The notes under the pieces: generated by a model
The model's input: only the letters and a program-made list of their open reading frames with translations
Database searches by the model: none
What the model was told of the DNA's origin: nothing
Shown here: positions 21,957-40,216 of the stretch, piece after piece
How positions within the stretch are numbered: the first letter of the stretch is position 1
Layout: every line of letters starts with the position of its first letter
DNA from: the human T2T-CHM13v2.0 reference genome, Homo sapiens
Length of the DNA stretch: 64,000 nucleotides
Assembly: GCF_009914755.1 (NCBI RefSeq)
Contig: NC_060926.1
Strand: one strand, 5' to 3'
Translations under genes and position numbers: made by a program

Positions 21957-22460
21957 TTTTTATTTATTTATATTTATTCACTTATTGAGAAAAGTCTGTA
22001 AGCATCTTTATTGTTTTGTGGGGTGGAGGCTGGTGCTCAGGAGCTTTTGGCGGATTGGTGGGGCAGGTCCCCTTCCTCTTCATCCTCACAGGCTTCTGGC
22101 TATGCAGACTGGTGCTGGCTCTGTGGAAGCTGCCATGCATAGATCTGGGTGATGGTACTTCTTGTGGAGCATGTGCTGGATGCTGTTGAGAGTGGCCCCG
22201 GAGTTCTTGGTGGTGGCGATTTGCATATAGGAGGTGGTTTGCTTTTGTTGGGCAGTTTATCACCTTCATGACCACCACAACACCTTTGCTGTTGGCTCCA
22301 CACCCACAGTCAGTTTTAACAGGAGTTTCAGTGAATCAGTTAGTTGTAACCAAAGGAGTTGCCGGCCTTCAGTTTATTGGATTCGGTGCTGTGTGTCTGC
22401 CTATTCCTCTTGATGGGGAAACTGGAGCAGTTCCCTACAGTCCAGCCATTTCAGGTGCCC
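21957..22460 (-). pseudogene. Processed pseudogene of ribosomal protein L28 (RPL28), antisense in COPS7B intron 2
   Basis: Minus-strand fragments [33 protein letters not shown] and HRASTSLHSQKPVRMKRKGTCPT match RPL28; intronless, with stops and frameshifts; AATAAA at 22012-22007 and decayed A tail about 21986-21957. Confidence 0.93.
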
Positions 22461-23305
22461 AATTATGTCTCCTCTACCTGTGATGTTCAGAGATGAGAAG
22501 AGCCACTTTTACTTTTTCACTGTAAATTTTTATTTAATGTCAGCCTTGCTTGCCGAACTATAAACTCTGTGAGGAGGTCTGTAGTGCTCACCATTGTTTC
22601 TTTAGAGCTGAATACGTAGCCTGACACACAGTAGGCTTTCAATAAAAATTTAATTTACCAGAAGTGGAAAATGAGTTTTATGAAGAAAATTTCAGAAAAC
22701 TGAGTTCATTTTTCAACACAAGAGATGACCAAGGGGTAATATGTTCCTTCAGGTTCATGAACAGCCTGCATGAATATGCCAAGTAGTTGTTTTGTAACTG
22801 TGGAAGATTGGCTAAGAGGAGATGGATGGAAAGTAAAGTCAGAAAGACCTTATTGATTTAGGCCAGTGGGAGAAGTGTTGGAGTATCTGCTCTGGAGAAA
22901 ATGCTCTTTTCCGGCTAGTTTTGTTAATTATGTTTCTGAAAAGGGGGGCTAGATTGGATGGTCTTTACCAGGTTTCTTCCCCTTCTGATTCAGGGACTTC
23001 AGGAGGTTTGTGGTAACCTGAGAAAGTAGCCTGAGGTATTATGGTGCTGGAGTTCTCCATAGGGTGCTTAGCAGACCACCTTTATCTCCCCATACATTGC
23101 GTTTTTCCATATGTGAGCTGAGAATAAGCTGGTTGCCTTTCAGTGATCTGAAATTATAGATGCATTTCTTGGAAGCTTTATTTTTTTTAATGGCTAAAAT
23201 TGAGTAGTATCGCTATTGCTGTCTGTAGACTACCACTTGCTATTCCTGTTTAGAGTTTACTGGGCTTGGTAAGTTGGAAGGGTAACAGGAGCACGTTTGT
23301 GATTT

Positions 23306-23608
<303 letters not shown>

Positions 23609-24303
23609 CACGTTTGTGATTTAAACAACAACAACAACAACAACAACCAGTTAACGTAATTGACAGCAGAGAAGTTCCAGGCAGAACAGTGGCTCTTTCG
23701 TTTTTCTTCTACACATGGCTTTTTGCCATCAGCATCAGTGAAGAGTAAGTAATTTTAATGAACATTTTGATTTGGGGCAGACTGATACCCTGGTTTTCTG
23801 TCCCAGCCTGGCTTTCTGTCATACCTTATGATGTGCTGGTCTCTCCCAGGGTTCATAGTCCACGTGTAGTCCTGAAACTTGGAACCAACCCTGAGCTTTG
23901 TTCACTTTGGGTTGGTGGTGGCTCATGCCATACCTACCAAGCTGGTATGTAGATAGGGCTGCTCCAGTCTTTGTTTTAATGCAAACAGAATCTTGAGAAG
24001 ATTTGAACTCCTTCCAATGCTTAATGCTTTGTATGTGTGTGTGAGAGAAAAGCAGTTCGTTGGGCATGCTGTATAGAAAGTAAAACATTCCTGAGAGAGA
24101 GAAATTAAATTTGGGGCTTTAATAATCTTGTTTATTTTTTCCCGAAGAACCAGAGTTGGTAGAGACCCCAGGGGCCAAGTAATCAAATAGTACAGAATAA
24201 ACAGCCATGGCATCTTTGACACATGCTCACCCGTCCTCTGTTTGAACACTACAGTGATTGGTAGACAGTTTGGTCTGTGGTGAACTTTTTTTTTCCTCTT
24301 CAG

Positions 24304-24379
24304 CTTGCGGAAGGAGCTAATGCTGCTTATTTGCAGTTGTTGAACCTGTTTGCCTATGGGACATACCCAGATTACATAG
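24304..24379 (+). CDS. COPS7B: COPS7B exon 3
   Basis: [25 protein letters not shown]; polypyrimidine-CAG acceptor; donor TAG|GTGAGT; 76 nt. Confidence 0.97.
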
Positions 24380-24780
24380 GTGAGTTGGTGAAGATCCTTC
24401 AAAAGACTTGTGTTAATTATGTTGCTCAGTTTGGAAGACCATCAAGGTTTGAGATATAAAGCATGGGGTAGTGGGGAGACTTCTTGACCTGGCTGCCTCC
24501 CATTTTGCTGTGCCCGGTGGGTGACCTCACAAAGGGAATGTTCCTTCTCACCTTTTATATTCTAGTGGGTCAAATGGGGCCTGTGTGTGCTCATCCACAA
24601 ATGTAGCCCTTGTTTGTTTTCCAGATGAGATTCTTGAGGACTGGTGTTTGTAGGGCTCTTGGAGTGCTGTGAAGTGCAGAATACCCACCTGTAGAATGTT
24701 TCAACATTTTAAATATTATCAAAATAATACCAGCATATTGAAGAAAATTTGGAAAATAGACTTTTTAAAAGTCACTCATA

Positions 24781-25083
24781 GGCTGGGCGCGGTGGCTCAT
24801 GCCTGTAATCCCAGCACTTTGGGAGGCCGAGGCAGGCAGATCACTTGAGGTGAGGAGTTTTACACCAGCCTGGCCAACATGGTGAAACCCTGTCTCTACT
24901 AAAAATACAAAAATTAGCTCGGCGTGGTGGTGGGCGCCTGTAATCCCAGCCACTCCGGAGGCTGAGGCAGCAGAATTGCTTGAACCTGGGAGATAGAGAC
25001 TGTAGTAAGCTGAGATTGCACCGCTGTACTCCAGCCTGGGCAACAGAGCGAGACTCTGTCAAACAAACAAATAAATAAATAAA
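24781..25083 (+). mobile_element. Alu (S-type)
   Basis: Full Alu; TSD GTCACTCATA on both sides. Confidence 0.92.
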
Positions 25084-26829
25084 TGTCACTCATATGTTGC
25101 TCAGACATTTGGATGCTGGACTTTTTTGTGCCCCTTATGTTTGTGTTTTGTATTACATAGGTACAACTATGTATACAGTTTTATGTCTTGCTTGTTTCTT
25201 CCCACTTACAAACATTTATCCATATTTTAAGTCTTTTTAATATTTTTAATATTTCATAATCTACTTAGCTCATTTTCTGTTGCAGGGCATTTGGGTCATT
25301 TTAAATTATAATCTGAAGTATTAGGTTGAGGTATTTGTATGTCCAAACACTAACTTACCTTCTACCCAAAGCATTTTTTTCTGGCTTTCCTACCCTTTTT
25401 TAATGGTATGACTGTAGCCTGATACTCAGGGCCTTCGCTGCGATATCCCTGACTTCTTCTTTCTCCCTGGTCACTTCTACTTTGTGCTGCTGTCAGACTG
25501 GACAGTTTGCCAGTTCCTGGTACACCACATTTTTTTCTGACCTTCCCTTTGTTCCAGGGAATGTGTTCTGTTTTTCTGTCCTTGCTTACTAAAGAGGCAG
25601 CATTGCACAGACTCTGTTAGCAGACTGCCTGTAGCCAGTCTGGCTCCACTTCTACTAGTTGTGTGTTCGTTGACAAATGAAGTAACCTTATGCAGCTCAA
25701 TTTCCTCGTCTGTAAAGTGGGAGTAACAATACAAGCCCATTATTCCTTACCTACACTCCTCGAAGTTAGATGTTTCAGAATTTAGAATTTTTGGGACTTT
25801 AAAAAGGTAATATGATGCGCATGCCTTTTTATGTAACACTCCCAGAGGAATGTGGAAACAAGTGGGATAAAAAGCCTGTCTCCGTACAGGTTAGAAATTC
25901 CCACCAGGTGAATTTCAGCACCATGCTTAAGAAAAAATCAGTTTGGATATAGTTTTTTGGAATCCAGAATTATCGTTAAGGAATTGAGGACACTTGGAGT
26001 CTTGCGGGTTGTTGTGAAGATGAACTGGATGTGTGTATGTACGTGTGGATCTATGCAATCCACAAGATGTAAAGCTTGCTATTTATGTTAGCTGCTGCAG
26101 CTGCTGCCCTTGCTGTTATTATCATTTATGGTTATTATTGAAATTTTGCCTCTTTCTCAAGGCTCAACTCAAACTCCATCTCTTCCATGAATTCTTTCTT
26201 TTTATCTTCTGTACTTTCCAAATGATACTGTTCTCTTTCCCTCTCCCCTCCCCTTTCATCTCTTTCTCTTACCCCTGTCTCCTCCCCATCCCTCTCCTCC
26301 TCTCTTCTAGTAGCTTGTACCTTTCTTCTGGTAGTTCTGCCTTGGATTTGTAGCTATGGAAACATCTGATTGTAAGACCGAGGACAAGTCCAGGGCCATG
26401 AAGTTGCACACCTCCAGGTGGTTGGTGGCCCTGGAGTTGTGCCATGCAGCAGCCCTGGCAAAGCCCATCTTGTTCATCCTTGATTCTTCTCAGTACAGAG
26501 CATTGCACACAACAGATGCTCGATGAAGATATGTTTAATTTAATTGAATGTCACAAGGGGCACAAATAGTACTCCATTAAGATAATTGCCACATCATTTT
26601 GCTTGTTTGCTTTTTAGGAGACTAAACTCTGTGTTTGTAGAAACTGAGTCTTTTCTTCTTTGGAAGTACATAGTCTTCCAAAGAAGACAGGAATATTTGT
26701 CAAATGAATAAGTGCAAAGTCATGATAGTGATTCAGTAGTAGATTTGGTTTGGGGAGTTGGTGAGCTTATTCCATAAAAGAAATCCTAATTTTATTTTGT
26801 GTCTTGATTTTTGTGGTGGGTGGGACTGA

Positions 26830-26931
<102 letters not shown>

Positions 26932-27254
26932 TGAGCCTTCTCTTGTCTTCCTCCTTACCCCAAGTCAGCTGTCTCATTGACATCAATGAAGGAAGTCCCA
27001 GCTGCACATAGGAGAGTCACATCATAAATGCATAAAATTTGCTTGACAGAGGAAAAGATAAAATGGTGTAGAAAAGTACTCCCCATTCCATACAGGAAAA
27101 GTATGCCCAGAAGTGATTGACTCAGCAGGTCTTAGTCCTGGCATGCTGTGGTGCCGCATGTGGCATGATCATTTTGCCATATTAAGGGGAGACTGCTGTT
27201 AAAGATATACATTTTTCAAATAGCAAGGCATCTCAAGGCAAGTTAACAGCTTAA

Positions 27255-27932
<678 letters not shown>

Positions 27933-28547
27933 TTTTTTGTTCTTGGATTGCAATTTCAGTTGCTGAAATCATTTTATCTGATCTAATGGCACATTTCTGA
28001 TTCTCAGCCTAGCATTTCAGGTGGGAGGCCTATTTTGTTGTGAAATGAGGACCTGACCTTTTTTCTTGTACTGATTGTGGACTTCTCAAGTGTAGTAAAG
28101 AATGTTGGTACAGCCCAATAAAGAACTATTGTTGGGGAATTCATATTGGTTGTGTCTGAGAAAACAGATACAAACTTCAGGGTGACATCTGAGCTGGCAG
28201 TACCCATTGGCCACCTATAGGTAGATATGCTGGCCTGCAAGTTTTTTTTGTTTGTTTTTGCACTCTGCTGGGCAAGTAGCCAGCTCTTTCCAGTGACTGG
28301 GATCTGTTGGAGATTTATGGTGATCTAGCAAAGTCTGAAAGCTTCCAGAAGGTGGCAGAGTGGCATATACTCAGTAGTTCCCTTTCTCTCCACTGGTACA
28401 AGTTTTTAGGATCTCTACAAGTATGCTGCAGCATGTGAAATCTGAAGGCTGGGTGAAGCCAAGGAGGCAGAGAACCAGGAGGTTGCTTTCTTAGATGTTG
28501 GGTCTTCTAGGTCTCATGGTTCATTTATCCACCTCTTGTTGCCCTAG

Positions 28548-28880
<333 letters not shown>

Positions 28881-30415
28881 TGAGGCTAAAAGGAGGAGGG
28901 GGATATCTAGCATGTCTTTTGTGCCTCTCCTTGCAAAAATGTGATTCCCTGGTGTCAGCTGAGGGTTTGGGGTGGGCCTGTAGCTACCTGGGAGCTGGGG
29001 CTTAGTGAGCCGGAGAGTGGAGCTACATTTGTGATCACAGCTGTGTGATAACAGGAGTCATTTCAGGCCTCCTGGTGCCTTGGTTGTAAAATAGTTCTTT
29101 CCTTAAATGCAACTGGGAGCTATTTAAAAGTGGGCTATAAAATGCCCAGGGTTAGCAGGTGGAGCCTATGTGTCCTAGCTGTGTGAGGCTAGTCCTGCCC
29201 TTTCCAAACTCACGCTCAAAGTTTGACCAAACTCAGGAAGGCTAGTGTTTGTAAGATTCTTTCTTTGTTTTTATTATTTTTTCTATCCCTGTTGAAGTTA
29301 ACATGTTTATAAGATTCTTCGGATAAAAGAACTTACGTTCAAAATCAGTAACATATTGGGCTAATGTTTGTAAAACACCGTGAGGGACATGGAAGACAAG
29401 GAGTGGGTCATTTTAACTTGGAATACAGACTCATACAAAGAATATCTGATAACTATACTCTGGTATATAAAAAGCATTGGGACATTTGTGTTTTCTCTGT
29501 TTTAATGGAATTTGATATTTGTAAGAGCTGTCTCACATTCTACGAGGATTCACTGTGGAGTGATTTAAATTATTTGGGGCTTATAAAGCCAGATGGACTG
29601 ATTGGAGAAGTTTTAGCTCAGTTTTGAAGGAAGGCCAGGGTTAGAGTATACCTGGAGGTGAGGAGAGTGTGTTCCCAGGCAGGCACGTGGCATGTTGGAA
29701 GCCATGAAGCAGACCCGGTGAGCTTTGTACACAGGTTCGGGAGGGAGAGAGAATCTCTGCTCATCCCCGAGAGAAGCATATCCAGAGAGGAGCAGTGCCA
29801 CTTTGACTCCTTGGGGCCTGATGTCCCCTGAGTTTCCCTCACTTCAGCTACTTTTACACCCCAGGACATGTGTTGCTCACCCCTCACCCCAAGTTCTGTC
29901 CCAAATATAGCCCCAAACACCTTCTCTATACAACATCTGCCACAAGTGGAAGTTTTCAATAGCTTACAAAACTTAGAATAAATAAGAAATAAACTTAGAA
30001 ATACCCCAACACAAAAATGGTCTGGCACACAAAATCTAGTTTCTGAACCTGCCAAAGTTGGCTGTCCTATTCTGTTTTTGAGATGGCTGACACAGCTTTT
30101 TATGTCCATAGTCTGGTTTCCTGTTTTTAAGCCCCCAATATGTTTGACATAGAGGTGCCAGACTAACTGGTTACCATGGGATGTTTACTAGTAGAAACTC
30201 TTACAACTCATGTTTAGGCACTGGAGGTAGATTGAAACAAAATTCATAGGCTGAGGGCTACCACATATATGGCAAAATGCTCACACTGTTGGATCTTAAG
30301 TGGAGGGTATGGGGATATTCATTGTAGTCTTTCAACTTTTTCATTTTTAAAAAAATTAATAGTGGGGAAAATAGGAGGAGGGGTATGGCAATTAGGAAGT
30401 AACTTAAACTTCTGA

Positions 30416-31125
<710 letters not shown>

Positions 31126-31334
31126 TGTCCTACCTTCTTTAATCGTATGTGCTACAAAACCATCTTCCATGAGATACAAAGTTGAAAATTAAAGCTGTAT
31201 TCTAAGAAACTAGCCCCAGACTACCATATTTGTCTCCTAATGTCCTGCATTATGTATTTAGAAGTGCTTGTCTTTGGGAAGGAGTGAACGGGCAAGAGAT
31301 GTGGCAGAGGGAGTATTAAAGGAGGTCCCTGTAA

Positions 31335-31664
<330 letters not shown>

Positions 31665-32718
31665 TAGGTGCTGGGTTACAGGGATGAGTGTGACACGGCT
31701 CCTGCTCTTGGTGTTCTGTCTCTTTTTTCTGATTCCTGGTCAGCATAGGGTGATCAATCAGGCTTGGAGAACAGAGAATGTTGTAGTTTCAGTACACATG
31801 TACTTTGCAGCTATAGAGCAAAAGAAAATGAGTTTGGGGATGGATCTTAAAAATGGATAGAAGGATGGTGGTAAGTTACCAGGTGGAGTGGAGGGAGGGG
31901 TACAGCTGGGCAGGGGCATGTGGGGCTTCAAGGCCCTGGGAGTGTTCTGCTTCTTAAGTTGCGTGGTGGGCACATAGTTTCATTTTATTCTTTCTCTGTG
32001 AACTGTACATATATATTATAAATGTGTAAAATGCATGACATGTTTCATACGGAAAGAAGAAAGGGATAAAATTTGGCAGATGAGCTGCAAGTGAAGTAAA
32101 GAGGATGTAAGTGTGGTTTTAGTGACACCTGGTTGTTGAGGAAACTTTTAGCTTCTTGGACAGATGTAGGCCCCAGCCTTTGCGTTATGGGCATTTGTGT
32201 ACCTGTAACCTGACACATGAAGTGACCTCACTTCACAATTTATTTGGAGCCCTGCACTGATTTTCCTTAGCATTGGAAGTTCTTTTCTAGTGTGAATGGA
32301 GTTTGAAGTATTAATGATGCTTAATGAATTTTGAAAATCAGGTGTCTAAGAGTGGCGGAGTGGGACCCGTAATTCCAGCTAAGAAGCATAAGAGATGAGT
32401 AGATGGTGCCTTTCAAAGGGGGATTTGTGAAATTTGGAGTGATTCTCTATACTGTTATATGCACTCCTTGAAAATAAAACCTGTGTCCTATTTGTAAGAC
32501 GAGCGTCTTGTCTCATGCCTAACCCATAGTAGGTACTCAAATGTTGAACTGAATATTTCTGGCACACCATAAAAGTGTGTCAGTGGACTGCTGAACTCTG
32601 CTTTTCATGAACTTGAGCTAATTTTTTTGAATACACACACACACCACCCTATATACATATACTCTGTGGATGTTCAATTCATAGACCATGTTTAATCCGA
32701 CTAGCCAAGGAAGTATGA

Positions 32719-32815
32719 GGCTGGGTGCAGTGGTTCACACCTGTAATCCCAACACTTTGAGAGACCGAGGAGGAAGTATTGCGTGAGTCCAGGAGTTCGA
32801 GACCAGCCTGGGCAA
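32719..32815 (+). mobile_element. 3'-truncated tailless Alu/FLAM fragment
   Basis: Alu left-arm start ending at ...CCTGGGCAA, no A tail, CAAGGAAGT on both sides. Confidence 0.8.
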
Positions 32816-33292
32816 GGAAGTGTTAACTATATTTAACATTAGTCCAAAGCAAAGACAATTAGGAAAATAAGCTTGCTGCTTTTCTAATAAGCTGTGCAAC
32901 AACCCTCTTGATGATGGTGGCCTTTTCTCTGACTTGGGATTGAGGTCTGAACAAAGTAGGAAGGGCTAACCGCTTTCTCCTTTCTGTTTATTCTTCCCTA
33001 TAAATCAAACTCTGTACAAAATGAGGTTGGGAGGCTAACCACACTACCTAATCTTTGGTATCAAGGTCATTAACAAAGATGAATGATACTTGTTTTAGAA
33101 TTTTGAACTGTTCAAGTTTATTTTCATTATAAATAGCATCAGACAAAAGAAAGGCGGGTGTGCACAGAGCTATTGTAGACACTTGGCTAAAGTTTGAGGC
33201 ACACCGTGTAGTTACACAACAGTGTAGACTCTTTAAATTTTGGTTATTTAAACACAGAGGGTGGGTGTGTGCACGAGCAGAGCCTGGTGCTG

Positions 33293-33306
33293 CCAGCAGG
33301 TGGCGG
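33293..33306 (+). promoter_or_regulatory. Candidate CTCF site
   Basis: CCAGCAGGTGGCGG fits the core consensus CCASYAGRKGGCRS at every position. Confidence 0.65.
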
Positions 33307-33725
33307 TAAGGATTTAAGTTTGAGAAAAAGAAATCTGAGCAAAAGGCCAAGGCCACCTCCACCACCAATTAAAACAGTCCATTGACGTAATAATCTTTTA
33401 GAAAATCTGAACCAGACCAATATGGTCTGTTCCCTGAGCATGGCCAAAGCTTAGGACCTTGTCATTTTTTCCATTTAGCAAATGCATGATCTGGCTGCTA
33501 AGTGTTGAAGGCTGCTTGCCACCTACTTGAGGCACACAGAAGATACTCACCAAATAGCTACTGACTTGAAAGGAAAAGAAATCTACAAAGAATCAGGGTG
33601 ATTCTGTCGTATTCTGTTTGTATTTATGCCTCTGTTACCCTTGGCCTAACTTTTAAAAGCCAATTTTGTCAACTGATTGGTGATCTTTTCTTTATTTGTC
33701 CTTAAATTAGATTGCTTGTTTTCAG

Positions 33726-33778
33726 AGGGAAAAACGTGATGTCCCCCTCCTGAATCTTATAACAACAGCTTTCTTCTG
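33726..33778 (+). CDS. COPS7B: COPS7B alternative 53-nt cassette exon (frameshifts the last exon; predicted 273-aa isoform)
   Basis: Acceptor ttgcttgttttcag, donor CTG|GTGAGT; open in phase 0 as REKRDVPLLNLITTAFF(W), joining the +1 frame of the last exon. Confidence 0.7.
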
Positions 33779-34015
33779 GTGAGTTGTAGCTTTAAGAGCC
33801 CTCCTTCTTAATGAAGTCAGCCCTATCACAGACTGCCGAAGAATATTCTCTCCATTTAGGCTTTTGTGGAAATAACCCATATTAGTTCCTAGTTCCAGCA
33901 TACCTGGGGGACCATTATGAGCTGTTTCATTATTTCTGAGGAAGCACTGTGGTGGGGAGGTAATACTTAGAGCATTACAAAGCACTTTCACATTTAAATT
34001 TGATTTTGGAAAGTA

Positions 34016-34645
<630 letters not shown>

Positions 34646-36809
34646 TCATTTTTCTTTATATTTGGATGTGCCTATGTCTGATGTTAGGTGGAATGTTAAT
34701 TTATAACTATTGCTACATTTACAAAGTAGGCTGTGTTCCAGTCATGGAGGTCGTAAAGTGTAACTGGACAAAGTAAGCTCTGTTTTCCATTATGTAGAAA
34801 ATCTCCTAGGAGTTAGTGACAATCTTGAGATTTATACAATGCACCAAAAGTATGCTTCCTGGTACCTCTTGGAAAGGGACTCTCCATCACCCAGTTCTCT
34901 TTTTCTTTGTAGCACTTTTCCAGTTGTGCACTGTGTTTCCTCTCGTCTGCCTTTGCTTTGCCCCTCAACTGAAGGAAGGTTTCCTGCCCCAGAAAGCTCT
35001 TTCTCCTTTTGCCTAAATATTTAAGGTCTCTGATGGAGCTAGGCTGCATTTTTGCTAGCAGTGCAATCTTACTTGAAAATTTCTGAGGTTCATGTTTTGA
35101 GGAGCCTGTAAGCCAGGCCACTGGAGGAAGAAAGTCATAAGGAACTCTACCAAATTTAGGTAAAAGAAGACAAGTCTGTGGTGATGATATTTGTTGTCAG
35201 TTGAAGGGTGACTGTGGAAGAGGAATTGGAATTCTTAAGAAAGTCTACGAGACCAGAATGGGTTTAATTGGTTGACCTACCTGGGTGGCCAATTTGGAGT
35301 CCTAGAAGGAGCTGTCTGCGGTTACAACTGCCCAGCTACTGGAAGAAGCTAGTTGAATTTTAAGATCCCCTTCCACTAGGAGAGTCTGTCAGTGCTTCAG
35401 AAGTCTCGTTTGTGAGTTGTGTGTTGTAAATGCAGTGGTAAAGCTGACTTGAGCAAAGTGTCTCTGTAATGGATCCCAGTGTGAGGGCCATGGCCCTGCC
35501 CCAGCCCAGGCCAGGCCTTTGTGGAGGATAAAAGGCTCATTTCCTAGGCTTAGAGACACTTGCCCAAGAAGCCCTCTTTTCCTCTGCAGGATGTTTACAT
35601 TTTGCCTCAAAGTGGTAACGACTGTAGAGGACTTAGATTTGTCAGCAGTCTTATTGGAGGAGTGAGGTGTGTGCATCTGAAACACAAAGGAGATGCAGTG
35701 GTGTGGGAGGCCATCGAAGAGGGAGAGGCACTGCCAGGCAAGTACAGATTGAAGGGTGGCAGATCAGTGTGGGCTGCAGCAGTCAGGGCAGTTTGTATGG
35801 ACCAGGTGCTCAACTCTCCAGGCAGGATCAGAGGGGCAACCTGGGGAGGAGCGGTAACCCCCGGGGTGCATGAACAACAGAAGGGCATAGGGGGAATGAC
35901 TGCTTCCAAGTGTGGTGTGGGGGACGAGTGTGGCTGAGATGGCTTGAGTGCAGGGCATGTGTTGAGGAGTGGGAAGGAAGGTACCTGATCTTGGTATTTC
36001 AGAACTAGAGAAAAAACCAAGTTTTTCCCTGGGCCAAGTCTTATTTCTTTTTATTGCATGTCAGGGTTACTGAGCCCCTAAAAAAGCTGAATGAGAGCAG
36101 TTTCTACAGGAGAAAATGGCTTGAGGAAGTAAATAGGCATCTGAATAACAGGGGAAAGTGTCCATGCTTCTGTCTACTTATTTGTTCAAAAGCTTTTGAC
36201 AGGATCTTGAATCTCAAAGGCTTTTAAATAGAATTGAGTCACCATGAGAGAGGGAGGCTGCGTTATGGTAGGGAGTGGCAGTACAGAAATGAAGCAGAGG
36301 GTCAGCCCTTCTGTGACTGCAGAAGGATGATGCGCGGGCTCCCTCAGGACCAGAGTGAGAACCATGAGTTTGTGGCTCTGTGAAGGAGAAGCATTGGAAG
36401 TGTTGAGCTTTGAAAAGAAAAAGAGTAAAACAGCAAAGCCTTGGGAGTCAGTTGAACTGGTCAGTTGCTGAGAGGCTGGCAGCGGAGCGTTGCCGTTGGT
36501 GGATGTGCCACAGGCAGAGTTTGCTCCTTGGCTGGCAGGTCAGGGACTCATCACTCAGCCCAGCCATAGATACTCTGAGTCCAAAGCCGGCCCAAATCAC
36601 CTTGGGCCACTCTAAAGAGAGAAATAAATGCCGGTTGTCACTTTCTGATAGGCTGATAATGACTTTATGCTACAAAAACATAGGTGAAGCGGATTGAAAA
36701 TATAACCATTATTTGGGGATTGATTAATGCCTTTTCCTTACTCATGCAGGGGTTATGAGACTGTCAGTAAATCTAAGACATGTTAAATAATGTAGAAAAC
36801 TATTTGTAG

Positions 36810-39142
<2,333 letters not shown>

Positions 39143-39982
39143 GACTAAAAAAGCTATTACTTATTTGACTGCACTGTTCTTCCCTACCACCACCATCCTC
39201 TTCCTGCTGTTTCTTCCTCTCAACGAACTGAGGAGCAAAGGTTTGGAATAGTCACTTTTCAGCAGGCAATATAGCAGTACTGATTCAAATGTAAAATGTA
39301 AATCGACTTTGATCTGGAAAGCTCACTTCTAGGAGTATCTTCCATAGATGTTCACAGAAGTATGCAAAGGTAAACATAAAGGGCTGTTCAGAGTAGCACT
39401 GAAACCCAAACTAGGAACCAATTCAAAAAACTGGAAAACTGGAGAACCTTCCTAATAGAATAGGGTTCAAGTGTCACAGAGGATATCTGTTCTGACGTGG
39501 TAAAATGTTCAAGAGCTGCTTAAGTATTTACGAGTCTGTATTTTGTTAAGTGAAAGAAAGCTATACTGCACACGGTAGTGTCATAGCATTTTGCCAGTAC
39601 TTCTATTACATTTTCTTCATTTCTCACTTAGTTGGCTGAAGTTCATCCTCTACTGGTTTATTCAAGAAGGTTCATGGAGCTGTATTCCCAAAGTTTTTAT
39701 GAAAATATTTGTGGTTTTATAAATGAATAACAGCAGAGTGTAGAATTCTTGGGTCCCTCTTTCTGAGGACATTTTAATCACGATTTATTTCACTGTTGGT
39801 GATGTGCCTCTTTGCCAAATGTTCCCCTTCCATTTGTTTCAACCAGGAGAGCATTAGTCCCACATTTTTGCTTGACTCATTTCCACAAATCTGCTGTGAG
39901 TAGCCCAGGCTCGTTTCTGCTCATCTGGATTTCTGAAGAGAATTTCAGGTTTTCTTGCAGAGGATTTTAGCTTCCTGTCTGA

Positions 39983-40216
<234 letters not shown>

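Noticed and set aside
25735-25995. Possible small DNA transposon inside a MIR
   Set aside because: Termini and family could not be established by eye
26225-26330. Pyrimidine-rich tract as possible H-DNA
   Set aside because: No clear mirror symmetry; generic low complexity
35560-36020. Overlapping ORFs and an acceptor-like site (CCTCTGCAG near 35589) in intron 6
   Set aside because: No homology and no matching strong donor identified
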